From: Candidatus Poribacteria bacterium
GTDB lineage: Bacteria > Poribacteria > WGA-4E > PCPOR2b
Direction: 5' to 3'
Assembly (NCBI GenBank): GCA_965208325.1
Contig: OZ242326.1
Location: 3,936,001 to 4,000,000, forward strand
DNA: 64,000 bases
Position 1 is the first letter of the stretch; each line of letters starts with the position of its first letter. Below the pieces are notes generated by a model. The model saw only the letters and a list, made by a program, of their open reading frames with translations, was not told where the DNA came from and ran no database searches. Positions 52,901 to 61,624 of this stretch are shown one piece after another. The translations under genes were made by a program, and so were the position numbers.

Positions 52901-53740
52901 ATGAAGACCAACAGTCCGTCCCGTGATGAAACCTACCTTCGAGCCAACCGCGAGAATTGGAATGAACGGGTCGAACATCACTACGGCACCAAGTATTACG
53001 ATGTTCAAGGGTTTCTCTCTGGCCGATGCACGTTAAAGCCGGTCGAACTCAAAGCGCTTGGTGATGTCGCCGGAGTGCGAATTCTCCATCTGCAATGCCA
53101 CTTCGGCCTCGATACGCTTTCACTTAGCAGAATGGGCGGTATTGTGACAGGTGTGGACTTTTCCGAGGCAGCAATTCAGAAAGCACGTGACCTTAGCGAA
53201 ATGACCGAGCTGAGTGCCGAGTTCCATTGCACGGATGTCCACTCTGTGTGGGATGTGCTGGATTGCGGTTCATTCGATCTCGTCTTTGCCTCTTACGGTG
53301 TGTTTTGCTGGATACGGAATCTCTATCACTGGTTTGCGGTTGCGAGTGCAATGTTGCAACCTGATGGCAGAATTTTCGTCGTCGATGGGCATCCGGTGCT
53401 CGACATGCTTAACTATGATGCCGCGGGCGACAGATTTTCGTTCAACGGGAACTATTTCCACGAGGAAGCCCCCGAACTATGCACTGTCAAGGAGTCTTAC
53501 ACCGGGGAAGGCGGCAGTCTGGTGAATTCTACGACCTACCAGTGGTATCACCACATGGGTGAATTTGCCACGGCGGCTGCATCCGCTGGTCTCATGGTCC
53601 ATTCCTTAACGGAGTACCCCTATTGCCATTTTCGCAAGTTCCCGTGCATGGTTCAACGCTCCGACGGCTATTGGGAGATTCCAAATCATAACTTGCCCGC
53701 CATGTTCTCTATGGATTGCAGGAAGGTGCCTAACGTGTAA
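52901..53740 (+). CDS. class I SAM-dependent methyltransferase
   Basis: LHLQCHFGLDTLS, GVDFS, FDLVF.SYG. Confidence 0.9.
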   Translation: MKTNSPSRDETYLRANRENWNERVEHHYGTKYYDVQGFLSGRCTLKPVELKALGDVAGVRILHLQCHFGLDTLSLSRMGGIVTGVDFSEAAIQKARDLSEMTELSAEFHCTDVHSVWDVLDCGSFDLVFASYGVFCWIRNLYHWFAVASAMLQPDGRIFVVDGHPVLDMLNYDAAGDRFSFNGNYFHEEAPELCTVKESYTGEGGSLVNSTTYQWYHHMGEFATAAASAGLMVHSLTEYPYCHFRKFPCMVQRSDGYWEIPNHNLPAMFSMDCRKVPNV

Positions 53741-53814
53741 CCGCACAGTTTTCGCTGCGGTGTAATCGTCGAGGACTCCCGCCGCATAAATTTTTTCTCA
53801 CAACCCTCAAGGAA

Positions 53815-54665
53815 GCCTTAGACGGAAAACAATCCGGGTTGGGGACCTCATCCTCACTCGAGCGTCTCCTTCGCAGGAGGTGTTGGACGTTTTTCGTACC
53901 CCAAAGGCCGGTTATCAAGATTATACCGTTGTTGTGATTGATACGACGGACTTTGAAAATGGCGGGGAACTCAATATTGACATTAAAGTCGGTAGAAATG
54001 AAGGTGAAGGCGATTTTTATCTGTTTGACGGCGAAATTGTACATTTTTCCGATGAAAGAACACCTAAAAACATGCTTGACCGGACAGGTTGTGGGCCCGG
54101 CGAAACAGGGCAGATCACGCGTCGTTGCTACAACGGTCGGGTATTTAGGTTAGGCGCGACCGGACAGCCCGATAGAGAGGAACCGTATGTCAACGCTTTT
54201 CGCGCCGCAGTTTCCGTACGGGAAAATCTAGATGAGGAAAATTCAGGTGAGGACACTTCCGTCTCGTCTTCAGCTGAATTGCGCGTTGTACTCGACAGAA
54301 CGCAACCGGCACAAGAGATATTAGACATTTTTCGTGCATCCGGCAGCGGTTATCAAGATTACACTGTTGTCAATGTTGACACCACAGCGTTGGAAGACGG
54401 CGGCGCACTCGATATCTAAATCCGGGTCGGCGGTGTGGATGCGTCCGGTTCGTTCGACTTATTTGCTGGCGGCGCTAAACTCCCGAATGAACGGATACTT
54501 GAGTCACTTGTCTCGGCATAGGGCGTTAAACCCAATACATATACAACAATTAGGCATTGTTTTGAGCGCGGCGAAGTTTTTAAGCTGGGCGCCACCGGAG
54601 ATTGGTTCAGCGAAAAAGGGGACATGAACGCTTTCTACCTAATGATTTCTATAGAGATGAATTGA
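53815..54665 (+). pseudogene. pseudogene of a tandem-repeat hypothetical protein
   Basis: Two ~125-aa repeats (LD.FR...GYQDYTVV..DTT..E.GG.L.I, F.LGATG, NAF); second repeat continues in frame through TAA 54417 and TAG 54519. Confidence 0.75.
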
Positions 54666-54825
54666 AATTTAAAACACCACCAAACGGTACCATGCATAAT
54701 CATTGATTGAGAAGGCGCAATCAACGTCAAAGGCTTCATCGCCGGACCCTGTCGTCGTTGCCTTGGCTGTTGGTTGGCTTGAAGGGCATAGGTTGCGGTG
54801 AACCAGTCAGGAATTCGGTGGTTGC

Positions 54826-55404
54826 GTGGATAATCCAAATATTGTTATCATCGGCGGTGAATCTCAGGCTGGAACGTACGTTCTGCGGATTCACCTCATT
54901 GAGGACACTACATTACGATTCGGGCGATTCAAGCGTGGGAAGCTGATTTCGCTGCCCGCCGGTGAATATTGCTATGTCGGTTCCGCGCTCTCGGAGAAGG
55001 GTTCGACATCTCTGGCGCGGCGGCTGATTCGGCACGCAACTCGGAGTGGGGGTCAAGCACCGCACCGTATTCGAGATGAGATGATGCGCCGATGCGTTGA
55101 ATGCGGTATGGGAAACGGCTACCTGCTACCAAAGCACGGTAAAACCTTGTTCTGGAACATTGACTTCCTCTTGGATTTAGGTTCGGCGGAGATTGCGGGC
55201 GTCTACGCGGTTCGGTCAGGAAAACGATTGGAAAGCAGGCTTGCCCAACAACTTGAGCGGGATTCACACACGGAAGTCATCGAACGCGGCTTAGGCGCTA
55301 ACGATGTCCCAGGCAACACACATCTGCTGCTCGTCCGCGCGGAGGAGCCGTGGTGGGAATCGCTCGCTGTGCAGATTGCTAACATAGAGGAAGACAAGTC
55401 ATAG
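54826..55404 (+). CDS. DUF123/GIY-YIG nuclease-like protein
   Basis: GTYVL, G.Y.YVGSA, RRL.RH, W.IDFLL. Confidence 0.8.
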   Translation: MDNPNIVIIGGESQAGTYVLRIHLIEDTTLRFGRFKRGKLISLPAGEYCYVGSALSEKGSTSLARRLIRHATRSGGQAPHRIRDEMMRRCVECGMGNGYLLPKHGKTLFWNIDFLLDLGSAEIAGVYAVRSGKRLESRLAQQLERDSHTEVIERGLGANDVPGNTHLLLVRAEEPWWESLAVQIANIEEDKS

Positions 55405-55478
55405 TCGGCTTGCAGCGGACGATGGTTTTTCATCGGTATCCTGAGCAGGAAAAGAATTAGGCTCTGTTGGAGACATGA

Positions 55479-58280
55479 TCATTGGCTGACTAGATGGCTC
55501 ACGTCTATTTTCCAACACTGAAGGTTTGAATCACCCTGAGAAAATAAGAATGTTTTGCCGTTTGGCGACATATATATAGGATTAGCGTTTACCGGTATGC
55601 TAAAGGAGAACTCCTTGAAAATTGAGCCATCAAGCGAAACCCGCTGGAATTTACCGAGATACGCATATGCAAGGTAAGTCTTACTGTCAGGAGACCAACT
55701 TGATCTAACATATTTCTCTCGTATCTTTGTTGGATTTCCACCGTCTATGGAGGCAACATACTGTCCTTGGTGCGATATCGTGAATGTCAGTCGCTTCCCA
55801 TCGGGTGTCCAGGCAATCTCTTTTTCATGCTCTGGAGTGTTCGTAATTTGCTTGGGTTCTCCACCCTTTGCAGGAAGAACATACAAATCGCCTTCCATTT
55901 CAGCATAGTGAGATGATTTCTTCTTTCCCTTCAAACGAAAAAATGCCAGACTATTCCCTTTGGGCGACCAAGTTACTCCCTCAAATACTCCGGCTTCGGT
56001 CAGTCGTTTTACCTTACCGCTGGCTAGCGCAACGACGCAGAGTTGTACGTTATGACCGCTTAATGTATTAAGGAACGCAATTCGTTGTCCGTCGGGCGAC
56101 CACCGCGGTTTTCGGGCAGAGAAATTGCTGTGCGTTAACTGTTTGGACGGTCCACCTGACACCGGCATGATTTGAATGGTGGCTGCATTGTAAAGCCTTC
56201 CACCTTGAGGCATCGTTATGAACTTTCGCTGTACAAACGCAATCCGCTTGCCATCATTGGAAAAGGTTGATTCACCAAGCTCGATTCTCTTCGGGAGTGA
56301 AATAGGCACCGGTGTCAACTCGCCCGTTTCGACATTCAGGAGGCCGGGTTTTTGGTTGCCCGACGATGGGAGACATAAATGTTTGCCGTCGGCTAGCCAT
56401 TGTAAGGGTTCAGACTGCCACATTAAACTCGGGTCCAAGCTCATGGTTCGGTATTCACCGTTTTTGAGACTAAGAGCATAGGTTTTATTATTGAAAGACG
56501 TTTCCACCATGATAATTTCTCCTCCGGATATCCACCTAATTGGTCTGCCAAACATATCCGAATCAGATTTAACAGCCTTGAGAAGAATTGGTTTTCCCGA
56601 AAAATTTCCTTGCTTATCGACTCCAGAGGCGTAAAACCCTTTCTGACTGTTTAATCTTTGGGTGAAGTTGGAATAATAAGCCATCCACCGTCCATCGGGT
56701 GAATATACGAGCGGCTTTAGTGCAGAACCATCTACTACGATCCTTTGCTTACCACCGTCTAATGCTTGAATCCACCTACGGCTACCAATCCCAACGCCTC
56801 GTCGCGATAAATAAGTAATCCATCTTCCATCTCCAGACCAAACTGGGTTCATGTTATCTTTACCATCGGTCGTAAATGGACGAATCTTCCCCGTAGCGAT
56901 CGATAGGATGAAGATATCTGTGTTTTCTCCGTTAGCCCTTTCAAATGCGAGTTCTTTCCCGTCAGGCGACCAACTTAGGCCTTCTGGCCTCTTGTTGGAA
57001 CCGGATTGCGCTAGGAAACGAACTTTGCCTCCAGACACGGGAATAAGACATACGTCCATGTCTTCACCAGTTTCGGGACTCGTCCCAGTAGAAGGACTGT
57101 GACGATAAAACGCAATCCAGCGTCCGTCCGGAGACCACTTCGGTACATAATAGACCGTTGGAATACCTTCATCCACCAAAACCGTCGGATTAACCGGTAT
57201 ATCTTGTGATGCGGATGTTACGGGCAAAACCAAAAGACCACGTGGAGTTGAAGAAGGCCCCCAACTGAAGTAAGTCATTTTTGTTCCATCGGGCGAAAAA
57301 TCGAGATTCCCACTAGGATTGACTTCATCAGGAAGGTATACGCCCGTTAATGATACACCATTTTTCTGCGAAGATCTGAGTTGTCCATCTCTGGTTAGCA
57401 GTTCGCGCCGCTGCGGTTTTTGCCCAAAATCGCCATCTTTCCCTTCAGCACCGAGTATGGCGACCCGAGTCGCTTGCGCGTCTACGGGAAGATCGCCATT
57501 TTCGACAACCTTTGTTTTCAGAGGCAGAGAGCCGCCCAGCCATTCACCCACCGGATAAAGCGGGCTGTGCGGAATGCTCAAGCTCAATAGCAGGAGAATT
57601 ACCCCACCCGCGGCGGATAGCCCCAAGGGCAGCGCGGTCTTGTGGGGTGCTGTCTGAATCTTTGCGTTACTGATTAACTCTACCACACGGGCGGTGAATC
57701 CCGGCTGTAATTTTCTTTCGGCAAAAGCGGTGCGTATCATTGGAATCATCTCCTCACTTAAAATTGTTTTTAATTTTGCTCTGGCTCGCACGAGCCGCTG
57801 ATCGATGGTGTTTGGAGACACCCGCAACGTTTCTGCAATCTCCTTGCTTTTCATGCCAGCCATGTAACGGAGCACTAAAACTTGACGGTGCATCTCAGGG
57901 AGAGAAGCCAATGCTTCATGAAGCTGTTCGACTCTCACCGCTTCCGAATCGGCATCAACATCCGCTTGGTGATTGAGATTCCGAGCGAGAAGGTTCATGG
58001 TTTCAACCTGTTCTTTTTGGGCGCGGTAAAAATTCTTGCACCTGTTGGCGGCAATCGAATAGAGCCACGGATAGAAATTGTCCCATCGCCGCAGTGTAGA
58101 CAGTTTCTTATAGGCGTTGAGAAAGATATCTTGGGTTAGGTCCTCAGCGTCTTGAAACTGCCCGACCTTCGCGTAAACGAGTGCGAAGATACGCTCCTTG
58201 TATTTGTCAACCAACAGGGCAAATGCCTCAGTGTTGCCCGAAAGACATTGATGAACGATATTACCGTCTCTGGTGTGCAT
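55479..58280 (-). CDS. ECF sigma factor fused via a TM helix to TolB/PD40 beta-propellers
   Basis: Regions 2 and 4 in the first ~175 aa, hydrophobic LGLSAAGGVILLLLSLSI, about 12 W/FSPDG repeats. Confidence 0.9.
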   Translation of the reverse strand: MHTRDGNIVHQCLSGNTEAFALLVDKYKERIFALVYAKVGQFQDAEDLTQDIFLNAYKKLSTLRRWDNFYPWLYSIAANRCKNFYRAQKEQVETMNLLARNLNHQADVDADSEAVRVEQLHEALASLPEMHRQVLVLRYMAGMKSKEIAETLRVSPNTIDQRLVRARAKLKTILSEEMIPMIRTAFAERKLQPGFTARVVELISNAKIQTAPHKTALPLGLSAAGGVILLLLSLSIPHSPLYPVGEWLGGSLPLKTKVVENGDLPVDAQATRVAILGAEGKDGDFGQKPQRRELLTRDGQLRSSQKNGVSLTGVYLPDEVNPSGNLDFSPDGTKMTYFSWGPSSTPRGLLVLPVTSASQDIPVNPTVLVDEGIPTVYYVPKWSPDGRWIAFYRHSPSTGTSPETGEDMDVCLIPVSGGKVRFLAQSGSNKRPEGLSWSPDGKELAFERANGENTDIFILSIATGKIRPFTTDGKDNMNPVWSGDGRWITYLSRRGVGIGSRRWIQALDGGKQRIVVDGSALKPLVYSPDGRWMAYYSNFTQRLNSQKGFYASGVDKQGNFSGKPILLKAVKSDSDMFGRPIRWISGGEIIMVETSFNNKTYALSLKNGEYRTMSLDPSLMWQSEPLQWLADGKHLCLPSSGNQKPGLLNVETGELTPVPISLPKRIELGESTFSNDGKRIAFVQRKFITMPQGGRLYNAATIQIMPVSGGPSKQLTHSNFSARKPRWSPDGQRIAFLNTLSGHNVQLCVVALASGKVKRLTEAGVFEGVTWSPKGNSLAFFRLKGKKKSSHYAEMEGDLYVLPAKGGEPKQITNTPEHEKEIAWTPDGKRLTFTISHQGQYVASIDGGNPTKIREKYVRSSWSPDSKTYLAYAYLGKFQRVSLDGSIFKEFSFSIPVNANPIYMSPNGKTFLFSQGDSNLQCWKIDVSHLVSQ

Positions 58281-58666
58281 AAGCGTTCTCTCGTCATGAG
58301 ATGATTGTTACTGCACTATATAGAAACCGCTTACCCCGAATTCTGACATCGGGTTGATTTTTTCTTGAGGAGAAAGGTCGCAATCGCTACAGTGGAATTG
58401 AAAATGTTCCTGCGAATATTGTACCCTGTCTGAACCAGGATTGACAGGATGTTGCATCTGTTCACAAGGAATTGATTACGCAATGGTGAATATATTGAAG
58501 GGCAGAGTGTATACTTATTTAGGTTCATGTTTACGCGAGGAGGAATTGACTGATTGATAATCGAGGCTAGGAAGTCTCTCCCACAAACCAATGGGTAAAT
58601 GTATAATTTTTAGCCGCAACGGCTTCAAAAAGCATGCAATACAGATGTGTTCCGCGTACGGTATGG

Positions 58667-58714
58667 AAAAGAAAAAGGCGTCCGTCTGCCGTGAAATTGG
58701 GGCAAATGGACGCC
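58667..58714 (-). terminator. putative intrinsic terminator downstream of the WD40 gene
   Basis: GGCGTCC..GGACGCC stem followed by a U-tract on the minus strand. Confidence 0.6.
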
Positions 58715-58836
58715 GCGAGGTGTGCGATAGTCATGGCAACCAAGATTGATATAGCTTCTTTCTTGGTACTTTGAGTTTTATGTAATGGTCAATGGGCATT
58801 GGTGACACTATCGCGCTTGGTCTAGACCCCCTCTAA

Positions 58837-58857
58837 CTCCCCCTTGGCAAGGGGGAG
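58837..58857. repeat. palindromic element
   Basis: CTCCCCCTTG-G-CAAGGGGGAG perfect inverted repeat. Confidence 0.6.
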
Positions 58858-58989
58858 AACTCTTCGATGGAAACACTCGCGTACGTAAATTTTCGTTTTG
58901 ACTAATACTATACTTTGAGTTTTCCTGCAATCCGATGGGGAGTGTCTGGATATTGCACTGTGAGACGAGGGTTTATCGGCATCGTAGCC

Positions 58990-61155
58990 TCAATCATCAT
59001 CCGTTTCTAAATTCCACATTACCACCGTTCCCGCCGTTGACGCCGCAACTAGTTTTGTGCCGTCCGGCGAGAATGCAACGGAGGTGACTGGATGCGGATC
59101 GCCTTGTAATGAAGTGATGATATTGCCTGTCGAGGCCTCCCACAATTGGACGGAAGCCCACGATCCCGAGGCGAGTTTCGTGCCATCGGGTGAAAATGCC
59201 ACAGAGGCGATCCTATCCTCATGCTCGAGTGTAGCGATATTTTTTCCCGTTGAGATCTCCCACAGTTTGATTGTGTTATCCCATGACCCCGAGGCGATTC
59301 TTGTACCATCGGGTGAGAACGCCACAGAGGACACTCTATCCATGTGCCCAGCGAGCGTCGCGATATTTTTTCCAGACGAAACCTCCCATAGCTTTACGGT
59401 TTTATCGCCGGACCCCGAGGCAAGTATTGTGCCATCGGGTGAGAACGCGACGGAGGAGACCCTATCCGTATGCGCTGTGAGTGTAGCGACGTTTTTTCCT
59501 GTCGAGATGTCCCAGAGCTTAACGGATTCTGCGCCCGAGGCGAGAATCGCGCCGTCGGATGAGAACATCACACAACTGACCCAACCCGTGTGCTTTTGGA
59601 ATGCAGCAATCTCTTTTCTTGTCTCGACATCCCACAGTTGGATGGAAGCCCATGACCCCAAGGCGAGTTTCCTGCCGTCCATTGAGTAAGCAACAGAGTT
59701 AATCCACCCGCTATGCTTGAGTGTGCCGGTATTTAGTCCTGTCTCAATGTCCCACAGTCTGACACCTTGTGATGCCGGCAAAGGGATAGCGAGTTTTGTG
59801 CCGTCAGGCGAGAACACCGCAGCGTTGACTGAACCCGCGTGGCTGAAATTCGTGACGATATTTTTTCCTGTTGAAACATCCAGCAGTTCAATCGTTCCAA
59901 GGTCTCCGGTGGTATGCGCAACTAGCGCACCATTGGGTGAGAACGCGAGGGACTTGTACAATCCATCTCCTTGCCCTCGGAAAGTCTTAATATTTTTTCC
60001 CGACACAACCTCCCACAGTTTAACAGTTCCATTCACTGATCCTGAGACAAGTATTGAACCGTCAGGCGAAAATGCCACGGAGGATACGCGATCCTTATGC
60101 CCTTTGAGTGCGTCGATACTCTTTCTCGTTGCGACATCCCACATTCTGACGGTTTTATCACCGGAACCTGAAACGAATCTTAGACCGTCGGGTGAAAACG
60201 CTACGGATTTGATTTCATCTGTATGTCCTTTAAGCGTGGCGATGTTTTCTCCCGTTGTAACTTCCCACAGTTTGACGGTTTTATCTATTGACCCTGAAAC
60301 GAGTTTTGCGCCATCGGGCGAGAACGCCACAGATCTTGGCAACTCCGTATGCCCGGTGAGTGTGGTGATATTGTTCCCCGTTGCGACCTCCCACAGTTTG
60401 ACTGTTGTATCCACTGACCCCGAAGCGAGTTTCGTACCATCGGGCGAAAAGGCTACGGACCAGACTAAGCTCCTATGGCCGACAATCGTGGCAAAACGTC
60501 TTCCCGTTGCGACCTCCCAGAGTTTAATGTCATCATCGTCACCCGCAGCGAGTAGCGTGCCATCGGGCGAGAATGCCACAGCATGAAGCCAGCCGGACCG
60601 ACCGCCGGCGAATAGCGCGAGTTCACGAGATGTCTGCACGTCATAAAGCCAGACACCAATGGTCGTTGCAACGGCGAGATGTAATCCATCGGGCGAAAAC
60701 GCTATTACTCTGTCACCTTGACTAATTTTCCCTTTTTCAAAGCGGGCGATGGCATTTTCCGGCAAACCCCACGTCTGATATTCTTGAAATCCAACGGCGG
60801 CAGGTAACCTGGGCGGTTTTGGCCTCCGTCCAAAATCGTCATCTTCCCCTTTAGTACCGAGTATCGCAACTCGAGTCGCTTCCACGTCTACGGGGAGTTC
60901 ACCATCCTCGACAACCTGTGTTTTTAGCGGCAGCGAGCCACCCAGCCATTCGCCCACCGGATAAAGCGGGCTGTGTGGAAGGCTTAAACTTAAGAGCAGG
61001 AGAATTAACCCGCCCGCAGCAGATAACCCCAAAGGCAGCGCGGTTTTGTGGGGTGCGGTTTGAATCTTGGCGTCACTGATTAACTCTACTATATGCGCGG
61101 TGAATCCCGGTTGTAATTTTCGTTCGGCAATTGCTGTGTGCATCATTTGAATCAT
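58990..61155 (-). CDS. membrane-anchored WD40 protein (14 repeats), C-terminal part of a decayed sigma fusion
   Basis: Linker and TM nearly identical to the 55479-58280 protein; 14 AFSPDG-type repeats; start inferred. Confidence 0.8.
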   Translation of the reverse strand: MIQMMHTAIAERKLQPGFTAHIVELISDAKIQTAPHKTALPLGLSAAGGLILLLLSLSLPHSPLYPVGEWLGGSLPLKTQVVEDGELPVDVEATRVAILGTKGEDDDFGRRPKPPRLPAAVGFQEYQTWGLPENAIARFEKGKISQGDRVIAFSPDGLHLAVATTIGVWLYDVQTSRELALFAGGRSGWLHAVAFSPDGTLLAAGDDDDIKLWEVATGRRFATIVGHRSLVWSVAFSPDGTKLASGSVDTTVKLWEVATGNNITTLTGHTELPRSVAFSPDGAKLVSGSIDKTVKLWEVTTGENIATLKGHTDEIKSVAFSPDGLRFVSGSGDKTVRMWDVATRKSIDALKGHKDRVSSVAFSPDGSILVSGSVNGTVKLWEVVSGKNIKTFRGQGDGLYKSLAFSPNGALVAHTTGDLGTIELLDVSTGKNIVTNFSHAGSVNAAVFSPDGTKLAIPLPASQGVRLWDIETGLNTGTLKHSGWINSVAYSMDGRKLALGSWASIQLWDVETRKEIAAFQKHTGWVSCVMFSSDGAILASGAESVKLWDISTGKNVATLTAHTDRVSSVAFSPDGTILASGSGDKTVKLWEVSSGKNIATLAGHMDRVSSVAFSPDGTRIASGSWDNTIKLWEISTGKNIATLEHEDRIASVAFSPDGTKLASGSWASVQLWEASTGNIITSLQGDPHPVTSVAFSPDGTKLVAASTAGTVVMWNLETDDD

Positions 61156-61425
61156 CTCCTCACTTAAGTTTTTTTCAGTTTCGTTTTGGCTCGTACGAGT
61201 CTTTGATGGATGACATTCGGATGCCCCGCAACACCTCGACATTCGTGTCCATTCCATGATTTTAAACGTGTTCAGCAAGAAGCGCAGTGACGACTTGTCT
61301 TTCTTGGGCACAATGAAAATTCTTGCTTTGATTTGAAGCAATGGAATAGAGTCGCGGATAGAAATTGTCCCATCGGCGCAGGGTTGATAGATTTTTATAC
61401 GCTTCGAGAAAGCTGTCCTGAGTAT
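61156..61425 (-). pseudogene. degraded ECF sigma domain remnant
   Basis: Alternative frame reads TQDSFLEAYKNLSTLRRWDNFYPRLYSIA, matching 58050-58140; frameshifts, internal deletion, N-terminus missing. Confidence 0.8.
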
Positions 61426-61564
61426 AGAAAGTGAATTTGCCGCTGTCGAATTTGACGTGACTACGGCAGGCGCCCTACTGTGGGTACGAACATTTGGGGC
61501 TTCGGTGTTAATGGTGGGGGTGAAACTTGCTACAGGAAGACGTGTTTGCCCTATATGCTAAAAT

Positions 61565-61624
61565 GTCGCGATTCGGAGATCGCTCCTACCGTCGGAAAGG
61601 TCGCGATTCGGCGATTGCTCCTAC
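61565..61624 (-). repeat. tandem GTAG-type REP-like repeats
   Basis: Two 25-bp copies (23 of 25 identical), minus strand GTAGGAGCGATCTCCGAATCGCGAC with a GCGAT/ATCGC hairpin. Confidence 0.75.

Noticed and set aside
58768..58925. Duplicated TACTTTGAGTTTT flanking a palindrome
   Set aside because: Could be a target-site duplication, but I found no terminal inverted repeats or second copy to support an element.
59057..60586. Long repetitive + strand ORFs (210 and 289 aa, PSGENAT repeats)
   Set aside because: Antisense shadows of the WD40 repeats; no independent evidence of coding.
59000..60720. Periodic ~126-bp DNA repeats as a possible CRISPR array or DGR template
   Set aside because: They are degenerate in-frame WD40 units with no spacer/repeat structure, cas gene or reverse transcriptase.
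61156..61341. N-terminal ~60 aa of the 783-aa ORF as real protein
   Set aside because: It is an out-of-frame reading of the decayed sigma remnant.
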